From the human T2T-CHM13v2.0 reference genome, Homo sapiens: a stretch of 64,000 nucleotides of DNA. The notes under the pieces are model-generated. The model was not told the origin of the DNA and did not search any database. It was given only the letters and a program-made list of their open reading frames with translations. Position numbers and translations under genes: made by a program. The stretch lies in NCBI RefSeq assembly GCF_009914755.1, contig NC_060928.1, one strand, 5' to 3'. This document shows positions 11,841 to 24,339 of this stretch, one piece after another (positions within the stretch are counted from its first letter, which is position 1; every line of letters begins with the position of its first letter).

Positions 11841-12923
11841 CACTCTTGGCTTTACTTGCTACAAAAATGTATGCCAGGCCTTCAGTCAGTTACATGACTT
11901 GAATATCTGTTTTTTATTATTGTTATTTTTCATGACTGAACTTTGAGTATGAGATGGCCGTGGAAAGTTCTAGGTGCTATTGCCTATCAGGTACACGAGA
12001 TCTGGATATTCTTCTATTTTATTAATATAATATAGAACCATATGCTTTAGCAATCAACTGGGTGAAAGGCAAGGACTTCATCCTCATAAAAACTAATGAA
12101 CAATAATTTCTGCCAAAAAACAGTTACCACACATTTTTCTGAGGGTCATCAGCATGTGGGATAGCAGGTCCAGAATTTCTCTCAGAAATCAGTTCTGGGT
12201 CAACTCTAAGACAGGAACAATTATTTGAACGAAGAATTGTCCAAGCAAGTATGGATAAGGCCAGCAGGGTAGTAAAAAACAAATAACAACTGTGCAGCAG
12301 AAAGCAAATACCTAATTTGAAGTTACAGAATATTCTAGTCACCTTAAAAAAGAATCTTATTGCAAAATGTGCTGAAAGAGAACAGACGAGTTCACTCATT
12401 TCTGAAGCTGAAAAAAATTTGCCACAAATTGTGATTTTTATCAGAGTGGATGATCATTAGCTATGCATCCTGAATGCATTTTAATAACAAGTCTGTTGGA
12501 TACATTCCTCATTTAGGACAAAATTATGTCTTTGACATGTATAACATACTCTGACAGTAGACATGATTTCATCTGCTCCTGATATTTTTTGGGGGGAGGA
12601 AAAGAAGATTATCTGATTGTTGGATGTGGGCTAAGTACTTAGAAGCAACTGGTTCAGTTCCACTTTGACAGGGTTGGGAGGGAAGAATCCAGAAGCCAAA
12701 ACAAAAACAAAAATCTGATTTTTTTTCTGGCTTCAGACATGAAATAAGCTTAAGTGGACAGGTTCTGCCCCTGCAAAGTGGTAAGCAGTTGAGAGCTGGA
12801 GATTTCTTGAGTTCATTCCATTTCATTACCACCATATCACTGAATGACAAACAGACAGAATGCTTATTTGGAAGCAGATTGTTGCCTCACATGTAAGCCA
12901 AAATCTCCAAACCAAGTTTAATT

Positions 12924-13404
12924 TGGTAATAAAGCTATGTGTGCGTAGTCTCCATCTGCTGCAGGGCAGGTTCTTAGTGTCGGTCAGGAAATAATTCAAG
13001 TGTGAGCCAGTGGTGGAAAAAAGCAGCTTTATTGACACTGCAGAGTTACAGCTCAGCAGCTGCTCCTTGAGTAACACAGCTAGCCTATAGGCAATGAGCT
13101 CAGAATAGCAGCTTACCAGATGTTGGCTAGCTGTATTTCTACCCACTTTTAATTGCATGCAAATTAAAGGGAAGGCTATTCAGAAATTTCTAGAAAATGG
13201 GCAGCTACTTGTTGATGTTGTCTTGGAAAGGGACAGTAACTTCCAGGTGTTGCCATGGCATTTGGAAACCATCATGGCGCTGGTGGGAGTGTCTGATGAA
13301 GATGGGCAGCGAGGGCAACGAGACATTGCTTTTCATGCCACTTGCTGGTTCTGTCTAGTTTCCTGTCTTGTCCAGGAAACAAGTGCTGCCCGTCACCTAT
13401 CTCA
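12924..13404 (-). mobile_element. ERV1-type solo LTR (MER66/LTR47-like group; family not certain)
   Basis: caggttcttagt..aggaaataattcaag..gctttattg (antisense polyA signal), cagaaatttctagaaaa, gtaacttccaggtgttgccatggca; ends cctatctca. Confidence 0.7.
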
Positions 13405-13761
13405 TAACTTCTTGACTCTTGTGTCTTTCAGTTACTTTCAATCTTTAGGTCAAAACAGGGTTATTATTTAATGAATTCCTTAGAATCCAATAAGAACTTC
13501 AGTCCTTTAAGTGGTTACATTTTAACAATTGCTAACCATGTGGCTCACACCAACTTTTTCACTAAGTAAGAAGAGTAAATAAAGCTTCGCATTATTTATG
13601 TTAAAATTAATTTGAATAAATTGGGGAACTATTAATATACAATGAGGATTTGTGGGGTCAGGATCTAAGAAAGAAACAAGCTCATTTCAGTCTGCTTTTC
13701 CAATTGAGTTATTGCTGATTTCTAAAGAGAACTGAGAACTATTGAGGGTCTCACAGTCCGG

Positions 13762-13786
13762 AAAAAAAAAAAAAAAAAAAAAAAAA
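13762..13786 (+). repeat. Isolated poly-A tract
   Basis: About 25 A residues with no adjacent SINE body. Confidence 0.9.
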
Positions 13787-13971
13787 GAATTTAGAGTTTA
13801 CCAGAGAGAGCCCTGGTAAAAACTGAGATCTGATTTGAGACCCAGAAGAGATAGTCTCAAAGTAATAAAACACCAGAAACATGTTAACATTCATAGAAAT
13901 CGAAGCCCACCTCTGAATGATCTCAATTTCTGATATGACAAATATGATCAAAGACTACTCATGCCTTTTCT

Positions 13972-14213
13972 GCTTTACCTCCCCCTTCCCACCTTCCCAG
14001 CCTCTGGTAACCACCATTCTATTTCCTCCTTCCATGAGATCAACTGTTTTAGATCCTACATATGAGTGAGAGCATGCAATATTTGTCTTTCTGTGCCTGA
14101 CTTGTTTCACTTAACATAATGTCCTCCAGTTATATCCATATTGCTGCAAATGACAAGATTTCATTCTCTTTGCGGCTGAATAGTATTCTATTCTGAATAT
14201 ATACCATGTTTTT
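13972..14213 (-). mobile_element. L1 (L1MA/L1PB) 3' UTR fragment
   Basis: cccagcctctggtaaccaccattcta...atatgagtgagagcatgcaatatttgtctttctgtgcctg..cacttaacataatgtcctccag. Confidence 0.9.
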
Positions 14214-14339
14214 AAAAAAGACCTCTACCCTTATTCTCCACTTCCAGATGAGAGCTAATTTAAATTGCCTCACTTTTTTTTTAAAGTGAGCTTTTCTGAA
14301 AAGAAATCTCAATGTTTCTGGTAAAAGAGATAATTATGC

Positions 14340-15645
14340 AGAGATTATTAAAACAACCAAACATACAAAGATGAAATGTGTAATTGAAAACAAATAGGAG
14401 CAAGACACAGGAAATCTGTTACCATGCACGTAGTTTAAAATATCAATGATTAATATACTAAAGTAATTAATAAAATAAATTGAGATGATTGACAGCCAAC
14501 AATGAATAAATTAATCTTGCTAAATATATTAACCCACAAAATAAAATACTCAATATATTTCTATATATCACCAATTAACCCTTAAGAAAATGAAATGTAG
14601 AGAACTTTTAACAAGAAAGAAAAGACTTATAAAGTGAGCTATAATAAAATTAGAAACTTCCAATTTTTAAAATATGCCATAAGGAGGCAAAAAAGCAAGC
14701 CACACAGGGGAAATGATTTTCCAGCAATAGTAACTGGCATAGTTCTTGTTTGCAGAATATATGAAGATTTCTACAAATAACCTGTAAAGTGTAAACCATA
14801 ATATAAGGATGCATAAAAAAACTTGATAAGTCACTTTACAAAAGAGAATATCCAAATAAAGCATTAAAAAATTTCTCAACCTCAGTAATCATAAATGCGA
14901 TGCAAATTAAAACTATAATAAAATAATTCATACCACTACACAGTACCTGAATTGCCAAAATTAAAAATACTGTAAATGGTATTTTCAAGAATGTGGACCA
15001 CGTAGAATTATCATATACTACAAGAGAATATTGTTATAACTATTTTTGAAAAGTGCTTGTCAGAATTTACTAAAGATAAACCTACATACCGGCACACAAT
15101 ATAATATAGCATTCAACCCAGCAACTACATTCCTAAGCATATACCCAACAGGGATGCTTACACACGTGTGCCGAAAAATACAAGATGGTTCATAATACTA
15201 TTAAAAATAACCAAAACTGGGAAACACCCCAAAAATTCAACAATTGAGTAGATAAATTCACTACTATTTGTAAGGATAGTATACACCCATGAAAGTAAGT
15301 GAATTTCAAATAAACAATATAAATACTGCAAATACAATTTAGAGAAAAGATGCAATAGATACCATATTTTATGTTTCTATTTCTATAAACTTGAGAAATG
15401 GGTAAAAGCAATTTATGGTGTGAGAAACCAGAATAGTGGTTACACTTAGGAAAGAGAATGTGGTTATCTGGGGAAGAGAATAAGGAAAATAATTGAGAAG
15501 GAGTAAGAGGGAGTTTCTGGATGTTTCTGGACAAGTTTGCTGACTTGTACGATACTACGTGAATGTCCTTCTCTTTTGGTAATTTTTACAGCTACACACT
15601 TATGATTTGCAGATGTCTCCCAGTGCTTGTTATTTCTCAGTAGAA
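14340..15645 (+). mobile_element. Old L1M (L1ME-like) 3' region
   Basis: A-rich; atgcaaattaaaactataataaaata, acccagcaactacattcctaagcatatacccaa, aaccaaaactgggaaacaccc, cagaatagtggttacactt. Confidence 0.8.
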
Positions 15646-16167
15646 ATACTTCCAAAGGTTGAAAAAAGCTTTAATGTTCAATTTAACAATATAAAAAACC
15701 ATTCTTTATACATCTTTGACATTTTACCATTATTTTCTAGGTTACCCGAAATCTTATTTTGCAGATACCCACTCTGAAAAGTATATGGAGATTTGCATTA
15801 AACTAATCCAGCTTAATCTCAACCAAATCATTGTCCGTGGAATTTGCAGTCAAGGAAGGATTGATACAGTGGCAGTTTCATGTTGGCTCTGAATGCTTTT
15901 GCCACAAGATGGTAAAGAGTATGACAATGTTAAATAATGGAATATTTAACTATAGATTATATAGAGGCAAATCAAATTGCAAAGATGAATATCCATCTTT
16001 TGGAGAAAATTTACAAATGTTCTGGAAGATGACATATTTCTTAATGAATTTTTCAAACATAAAGTCTGTTATGTGAAGCCATTACTAGAGCCTTTTCTTT
16101 CAATGTCCAGTGTTCTGTAAAATTATGAACAGTTGAATTTGTTTTAAAAGTCTTCTTCAAATGCCCA

Positions 16168-17097
16168 TATAGCGGATCCCTGCTACAGTGCCCAGATCTT
16201 GCACTTTCGGCCAGAGATACTCATTTCCTCACCTGCCAGGAGTATGCACTGAGTTACTCCTTGGAAATTGCCTATTGAAAAGGGAAGCTACTTTGCTCAT
16301 AGTTCTATCTCACCACCTGTAGTAACCTGCCCAAAATAATGGGAGCAAAAGAAAAATTGCACCAGGCACGTAAAACAGCAAGAACGACTTTATCAAAGAC
16401 TATTGCGATAGGGCAGAAAGATTAAGCTGAACTCCACTAAAAGGAGAGAGGAAATTTTTTAAGTACTAGGGAAGATAGTGAAAAAATGCTAGAGGATATC
16501 AGAGAGGAGGTTGATCACTGTGATTAAGTCATCTGTGTTTACTAGTTGGTGCTTATTAAAGTTAGGCTCCTCCCCTTCACAAAGACTGGGGGATACAAGT
16601 ACTATCTTTCTTGATGATTGCATTTCTAAAGGAAGGCTCTCTGGTCCTTGGGAAAGACATTCCTGGGTGTAAAACTGGCAAGAGTTTGGGTAAAGATATA
16701 TATCTCAAAGGAACATTAGAAGAGTTTATACTTACAAGATTCCCAAAGCAAATGCTCTAAGAAAAGGGAGGGCAGGTACCTATAGTCAGGAAGAAACCTG
16801 TCTCAAGTTTAGTCAAGCTGAGGGGAATGCTAAAGCCATCTTGGTGAGTAGTATGTGTAAGACTGGCCCCTGCTCCAACGTGGGATATCTCTGAAGGGCC
16901 ATCTCTGTTCCAGAGACTCCATGGAATCAGATGTGTCCCCTGTTAAACTGCATATCAACCCAACATTTTCCTCTGCCTACTGCTGCTTCCCAATCTCTCA
17001 TTTCTTGACAGGGGTAGCTCCTCAGAACACTCCTAAACAGTCTGCCTTGAGGAAAATTGCCTGAAAGCCTGCTTCCCAGGGAACCTCCCTGAACACA
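16168..17097 (+). mobile_element. LTR16 (ERVL) solo LTR split by MER67
   Basis: gtgcccagatc..ggaaattgcc in the left part; actctgaagggcc-like text and ctgcttcccagggaacc in the right part (16848-17097). Confidence 0.7.
16340..16847 (-). mobile_element. MER67-family LTR (ERV1) nested in LTR16
   Basis: aaatgctctaagaaaagggagg..ctatagtcaggaagaaacctgtct..agtttagtcaagctgagggg..ccatcttggtga matches the antisense MER67 5' end. Confidence 0.75.
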
Positions 17098-17951
17098 AAG
17101 CATCCACACCATTTTCACCAGAACAATTCCATTCATTGTTATAAAGTTAGATGTATAACACCTTATCAGAAAAGACCTCTACCCTTATTCTCTACTTCCA
17201 GATGAGAGCTAATTTAAATTGCCTTCTTCATTTCCACAACACTCCTGAACTTGGAACATTATTTCCTAATGCTTTTGTTTCTTTCTTTCCCACTAGCATA
17301 AACCTTTTGAATGAAATAAAGATACCATATTGATTTATCATTGTATTTTGCTAGTAATAATAACTGGATTTGGAATAATTATATTGCAAAGACAAATTAA
17401 ACATTTTCTTAAAGTGAGTCATAATTCCACTAACCGTCTTCACCATGCAGCTAACTAGATACTTTTGTTTTAATTATGATTGAAAAGGTAAAATGTTCGT
17501 GTATTTTAAAGGATTTTTATTTGGTATCCAGTAAGGGTCATATCAGGAATAAATATGTGTTAGTATTTTAACTTAGGTGATGGGATAGCTGCCTTTAAAA
17601 CAGCTGAATTTAAAAAAATATTCTACTTCAAAATTTTCATTACTTTTTAATCTTTTGAAACTAAGGCAGATCTTTTTAGCTCTCTTAAATATTCTTCAAA
17701 CTGAATATTAAATTATTTTAAAATTAACAATCTGATTCTAATTTATTGTTAAATGTTAAAAAAGAAGAATATTTCAGAGATCCTCAAGTTGCATGTATAG
17801 AATTTGAATATTCTAATATGACTCTTTTTTTACCTTATATGTTTAGCTAAAAATAAAATTATCTCTGAAATAACTATGACAAAGGCAAGAAGTATGAAAA
17901 ATAGATTAGATCATTTTTTCATGTCTTACAGAAAGTACTTAGCAGAAAAGG

Positions 17952-18313
17952 TATTTTAGACTGAATATTGTTATTCCTCCAAAACACATATGTTAAAATC
18001 CTAATTCCCATTGTGATGGTTTCAGGAGATACACCCTTTAAGGATAATTAGCTCATGAGGGTAAAATCTCATGACTGGGATTAGTGCCTTTTTCAAAGGA
18101 CCCGCCAAAACTCTCTTGCTCTGTTTTTCACCACGAGGATGAAGATGCAAGGAAGATGGTTTCCTGCAACCGGGAAGACAGCCCTCACCAAAATATGACC
18201 ACATTGGCACTCTGATCTCAGATTTCCACCTTCCAGAAATAAAATAGATACCCTTCTGTTTCTTATAAGCCACCCAGTCTATAATATTTTATTATGGCAG
18301 CACAAACTAAGAT
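17952..18313 (+). mobile_element. MLT1A-type MaLR LTR
   Basis: gactgaat..catatgttaaaatcctaa..gggattagtgcc..ataagccacccagtct..aactaagata; TSD aaagg/gaagg. Confidence 0.85.
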
Positions 18314-18329
18314 AGAAGGGTTAACTACA

Positions 18330-20385
18330 ATAAAATAAAAAAGATTGATTCACCAAGTAAAAGCATCACAGGAGTAAATTATATTGATCAACGAATCAAT
18401 TAATAACCTAAAAAATGTATGATGTATACAATTAAGGAAGTGATGATGTTAATTATGTTATTCCATGTTACGCTGCACTGGACACCTTGAACGTATTTAC
18501 TTCATTTATATGGAAGTAAATATATATTTAATTCTCTATAAGTAAATATATTATTTCTACTAAACAGAATATGAGTTAACTCAAATTCATATATTCGTTA
18601 AGTTTGAAGGTGTGAAACTAGTACTGAAACAACATTAAAATAATTATAACTAATATAATATTGTTATAAACAGAATGTTTATAACTAAATAATAACAAAA
18701 TCACTAAGTATCTAACTTGTGGGATGCTATTAAAGTACTACTTAGAGTGAAATTTGTAGCCCTAATGGAAATTTTGAAAAACAGAAAATGTTAAAAATTA
18801 ATGATCTAAGAAATACATTTAAAACATTAGTAGCAAAATAAGTAAAACAAACACAAATAATATGAGAAATGACATAATAAGACATTCACAAGAATACATA
18901 GAAAAGAAACAATGAAGAGAATCTGCAACTCAATAGCAGGTATTTTGAAAATACACATCTATGAAGACTTTGGTCAGCAAAAGAGAAAATGACACCACAA
19001 ACAAATATAAGGAAGATATTGAGATTTATATTAATATATAATTTTAAAAACAAGAATAATTTCACAGTGCTTTGGAAAATTTAAATCAAAGGGACAATTG
19101 CCTAGAAAAAAAAAACTCACCAAACCTGGCTCAAAAATGAGTAAAAAACTAAAACACATCAGACTAATATGCATTTACAAACTAACATCAATAAATAAAT
19201 AATTACTCATCTAACAAAATCAAAAGCATGTTTGAAAAATACTAATACTGATAGATGTTCATTAGGACACCTAAATATTAGTGAATATGCATATAGAAAT
19301 CAACAAAAATACCTATGACATAAACTAAGGAGCAGACCAAAGCAAAAAATAAAAATAAATAAGGAGCTAGACTATGACAGAAATGACAAATGAAACATAT
19401 CCCATTATATTACATAAATGGAACTAGTACTAGAACCACAGATTTTCCCACTAGATCTCTTTTAATTCCACACCAAAGTCAATTTACACTTCATTAAAAA
19501 CTTAAATGTAAAGGAAAAATGGCAAAAGTCTTATGTAAAACATATTTTTATAATCTTTCATAAAGAATAATTTTTTACATAAACCATAAAAAATTATAAC
19601 AAAAAAGATTAATATATTGGATCATATTAAGTTTTTTAAATGTTACAGAACAAAAGACAGCATAAACACCATAAAAAGTCATACCTCACATCTGGCATGT
19701 AACCAAAGGTTGAATCTAATATATTAAAAAAAATATATATATATATATATAAATCAATTAAAGACAAATATCACAATAGAAAAATAGAAACTATAGAAAA
19801 CTTATAGAGAATAAAATATAAATGGCCAAAAAAGAAAACAAAAACATCAAAACATGCTTATTCTCACTAAAAATTGTCAATATCCAAATTTGAAATAAAT
19901 AAGATTTCATCTCTCACTGCTATAGTCAAAAAATTAAAATGCTAATATTTTAACCAAATATTTTGGCAAGGCTATAGAGAAATGGTGAGAGTATTATTGA
20001 TAGTAATAAAAATTAGAACTTTTATGACTTTGGAAAGCTATTGATAAATGGCTGGTATCTTGTAGAATTATATAATCTCTAGATGAGTAGTATTTGTCTT
20101 GATTTGTGTGCTGGAAAAAACACTCACATATATGAAAAAGTAAGGATTGTTGCATTGAAGCAGTGATTTTAACAGCCAAAGTGGAATAAACTGTTTCTCA
20201 GTAAGAGAATAATTCAGTCAATCATGGTTTATTTATATAATCATATTCTATATAGCAGTTAAGATAAATTATATTCATATCTATTAATATGAATACATCT
20301 CAAAATCATAAAAGAGTGAATAAAGCAGTATGATTCCACTTATGTAAATTTTAAAGCACACAAAAACAACAAATATATTTATTTA
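18330..20385 (+). mobile_element. Old L1M (ORF2 remnant to 3' end), resuming at ~23830-24010
   Basis: aacttgtgggatgctattaaagtactacttagagtgaaatttgtagc (L1 ORF2), acttaaatgtaaa, cagtatgattccacttatgtaaa. Confidence 0.75.
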
Positions 20386-20473
20386 TTTTTTTGCTTCAGT
20401 TGGGTTCCCTGGAAGCAGACTCTGAGATGGAAGGTTGTGTGCAGAATATTCTGAGGGGAATTCCTTAGGAAAG

Positions 20474-23117
20474 TGTCGTATTCTCTTCTTGTGTTGCTAA
20501 AACGGAATGCCTGAGACTGGGTAATTTATAAAGAGAAGAGGTTTAATTGGCTCATCGTTCTGCAGGCTGTGCAGGAAACATGGCACTGGCACCTGCTCCT
20601 GGTGAGGCCTCAGGAAACTTTCAATCATGATGGAAGGCAAAGCAGGAACTGGTGTATCGCAGGCCCAGAGCAGAAGCAAGGGGTTGGGAAGTGCCACACT
20701 CTTTTAAACAACCTGATTTTACATGAACTCAGAGACAGAGCTTACTCATTACCATGAGGAGGACACCAAGCTATTCATGCAAAATTATTTGCCTCCATGG
20801 CCCAAATACCTCCCACCTCCCACAGGCTCTACCCTGAACATTGGAGATTACATTTCTACATGAGAGTTGTAGGGGACAAACTTCCAAACCATATCATTCT
20901 ACCCCTGACTTCCCAAATCTCATGTCCTTCTCAGATTGGGAAATAAAATCATCTGTTCCCAATAATCCCTAAAAGACTTAACTTGTTCCAGCATCACCTC
21001 AATCAAAAGTCCAAAGTTGAATGTCTCATCTAAGACTTGAGGCATATTCTTTCCACCTATGAATCTGTAAGATCAAAACCAAGTTGTACGTTTCCCAGAT
21101 ACAATGGTAGTACAGGCATTGGGTAAACATTTCCATTCCAAAAGTAAGAAACTGACCAAAAGAATTAGGCGACAGACCCCACGTAATTCTGAAATCCAGC
21201 AAGACAAGCAGTAAATATTAAAGCTCCAAAATAATCTCCTTTGACATTATACGCCACATTCTGGGCATACTGACTTTCTAGGCAGGTTCCCAAAGCCTGC
21301 GGAAGCTTTACACTTGTGGCTTTTTCATGCTGAAGTTGCAAGCTGCTGGTGGCTCTACCGTCCTGGTGTCTGGAGAGTCTCAGTTCTGTTCCCCCAGCTC
21401 CACTAGACAGTGCGATGGAAGGGACTCCATGTGAGGACTCCAACCCCACATTTCCCCTTGGCATTGCCCTAGTAGAGTCTCTCTGCTGGGGCTCTGCCCT
21501 AATGGCAGGCTTCTGCCTGGGCACCCAGGCTGTCTGATATATCCTCTGAAATCTAGGTGGAAGCTGCAAAGCTTCTTTCACTCTGCCATTCTGTTCACCT
21601 GCAGGCTTAACACCACATAGAAATCACTGAAGCTTATGGCTTGTGACATCTGGAGTGGTGTTCCAAGCTGTATCTGGGCCCCTTTGAGCTGAGGCTGAAG
21701 CCAGAGGGGCCAGGATGCAGGAGGCATCCTGAGACAGAGTAGGAAAGCAGCCCCTTGAGCCTGGCCCCTGAAACCTTTCAATCTTCCTCATTCTCCAAGC
21801 CTGTAATAGGAACGGCTACCTTAAATATACATCACACACTGGGGCCTGTTGTGGGGCGGGGCGGGAAGGGGGAGGGATAGCATTAGGAGATATACCTAAT
21901 GTTAAATAATGAGTTAATGGGTGCAGCACACCAACATGGCACATGTATACATATGTAACTAACCTGCACGTTGTGCACATGTACCCTAAAACTTAAAGTA
22001 TAATAAAAAATATATATATATTTCTAAAATGGCTTCAAGGTCTTTTTGCCATTGCCTTGGATATTAGCACCTGGCTCCGTTTTAGTCATGCTAATCACTG
22101 TAGCAAGTTGTTGCTCCACAGCCCACTCATATTTCTTTCCTGAAAATGTCTTTGCCTTTACTCCCACATGGCCAGGCTGCAATTTGTTTTTCAAATTTTT
22201 ATACTCCCCTCCCCTTTTAAATATAAGTTCCAATTTTAAGTCATTTGTTTTCTCCCATATCTAATCATAGGCTGTTAGAAGCAGCCAGACCACATCTCGA
22301 ATTCTCTGCTGTTTGAAAATTTCTTCCACTACATACCCTAAATCATCACTCTTTAGTTCAGCTTTCTACTAAGCCCTAGGATGTGGACGCAACACAACCA
22401 AGTTCTCTGACAGGGTGTAACATGGGTGACCTTTATTCCAGTTCCCAATAAGTTCCTCATTTACATCTGAGACATCATCAGCCTGGCCTTCCCTGTCCAT
22501 ATTTCTATCAGCATTTTGGTCACAACCACTTAACCAGCCTCTAAGAAGTTCCAAACCTCCCCCTGTTTTCCTGTCGTCTTCTGAGCCCCAAACTCTTCCA
22601 ACCTCTGCCCATTATCCAGTTCCAAAGCTGTTTCTATATTTTCAGGTATCATTATAGCAATGCCTCCCTGCTCATTGCCAATTTTCTGTTTTAGTCCACT
22701 TTTTTGTTGCTATAAGGAAATACCTGAGGCTACATAATTTATAAAGAAAAGAGGTTTAATTGGCTTACGGTTATGCAGGCTGTACATGACAACTGGTACA
22801 TAAGCATGACACTGGCATCTTCTCAGCTTCTGGTGAGGACTCAGGAAGTTTTCAACCATGAGAGAGGACAAAGGGATGCTGGTATATCACACGAAAAGAG
22901 CAGCAGCAAGGGGGGATGCAGTGCCATGCCCTTTTAAACAACCTTATTTCACATGAACTCAGAGCAAGAACTCACTTATTACCACAAGGAGGGCACCAAG
23001 CCATTCATGAGGAATCTGCCCCTGTGACTCAAACATCACCCACCAGGCCCCACCTCCAGCACTGGAGATTACATTTCAACATGAGATTTTTAGGGGATAT
23101 ACATCTAAACCATTTCA
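20474..23117 (-). mobile_element. Complete MSTB MaLR element: LTR 20474-20896, MST-int 20897-22686, LTR 22687-23117
   Basis: Two homologous MSTB LTRs flank a recognisable MaLR internal region (caaaagtccaaagt, gggactcc..gaggactccaaccccacatttcccctt, ccagttcccaataagttcctcat); outer TSD gaaag/ggaag. Confidence 0.92.
21829..22010 (+). mobile_element. L1PA (PA3-PA5-like) 5'-truncated 3' end inside MST-int
   Basis: gggatagcattaggagatatacctaatgttaaat..gggtgcagcacaccaacatggcacatgtatac..acttaaagtataataaaaaa. Confidence 0.93.
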
Positions 23118-23217
23118 GGAAGTGTAGACATGAGAAAGTAAGATAACAGATTTAGGCAAAGCTAGATGCTCAGTTGCAATATGGTTGTAACTGAGATTAC
23201 ATTTTAATCTACAGGGA

Positions 23218-23581
23218 TGATATAGTTTGGCTGTGTCCACAACCAAATCTCATCTTGAATTGTAGCTCCCAGAATTCCCAGATGCTGTGGGAGGGACCTG
23301 GTGGGAGGTAATTGCATAATGGGGGTGGGTCTTTCCCATGCTGTTCTTGTGATAGTGAATAAGTCTCAGAGATCTGATGGTTTTACAAAGGGGAGTTTCT
23401 CTACACAAGCTCTCTCTTGACTGCAGCCATGTAAGACGTGACTTTGCTCCTCATTTGCCTTCTGCCATGATTATGAGGACTCCCCAGCCATGTGGAACTG
23501 TGAGTCAATTAAACTTTTTTCCTTTATAAATTACCCAGTCTTGGGTATGTCTTATTAGCAGCACGAGAACAGACTAATACA
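23218..23581 (+). mobile_element. THE1 (B/C-like) solo LTR
   Basis: tgatatagtttggctgtgtcc...cagactaataca; perfect TSD aggga. Confidence 0.95.
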
Positions 23582-24339
23582 AGGGATTTTTGAAGTTGGA
23601 ATTCAGCATTACTCCACATTAGAGAAAAGGGACTTGACATAACATGTCTCTGAATTAGCAAACCTCTGGCCAAATTAGGGAAAGCCAATGCGCAATATCT
23701 GAAGGCAATGCTCAGCCAAGGACACAGCTATGAGCCATCACAAGCTGATATCAACAACTGATACATGCAAGAGACCTAAAGAGAGTCCCTTAATGGAGTA
23801 CCACCATATATACATTACCACCATTTATATCTATGCAACAGAAGTACTACACATGCATATACATGTCAATGATGGACACTGACTTCAGCATAGTGGGTTC
23901 CTATGAGGAAGGAGGCACAGGAAGGGGAAAAATGATAAGTGGGCCTTTAGATAGATTTGCAATATTTTATTTAAAAAATAATATTGAAGTAAATAGAAAA
24001 AATATTTTATCTTACTGATGTGCCTTTGACAACTACATTACTTCAATATTTATGTATATTTGAAGTGTGGCTTTTTTCAATCTAGTCCAATTGCAGAGGG
24101 GTAAAATGATACTTAAAATTTTTTTCACGGTCAAAATTGATGAAATATCTATTTTTAATTAAGGAATCAGAAGATTTGGTCACAATATTATGATTGTTTT
24201 AAAATTAAAATTAAAATCCTGGTTGGTGAGCTACCTTTAAAAGTTGTTTAAACATATTTTCTAAAATTTATTTGAACTTAAGAGATACATAAATACACAA
24301 ACACATATACATTTATGCATTAATCTATCTACAATCTTT

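Larger units (their letters stand above)
20392..23810 (-). mobile_element. LTR16-like LTR interrupted by MSTB (20474-23117) and THE1 (23218-23581)
   Basis: gttgggttccctggaagcagactctgagatgga at left; host text resumes across both TSDs. Confidence 0.65.

Noticed and set aside
14271-17169. Treating the 55-bp direct repeats as LTRs or TSDs of a novel 3-kb element
   Set aside because: The interior is old L1M, unique DNA and LTR16/MER67, all far more diverged than the repeats; no TG..CA ends or coding capacity
21165-22554. Minus-strand ORFs up to 138 aa
   Set aside because: They lie in the decayed MST internal region, broken by stops and an L1 insertion
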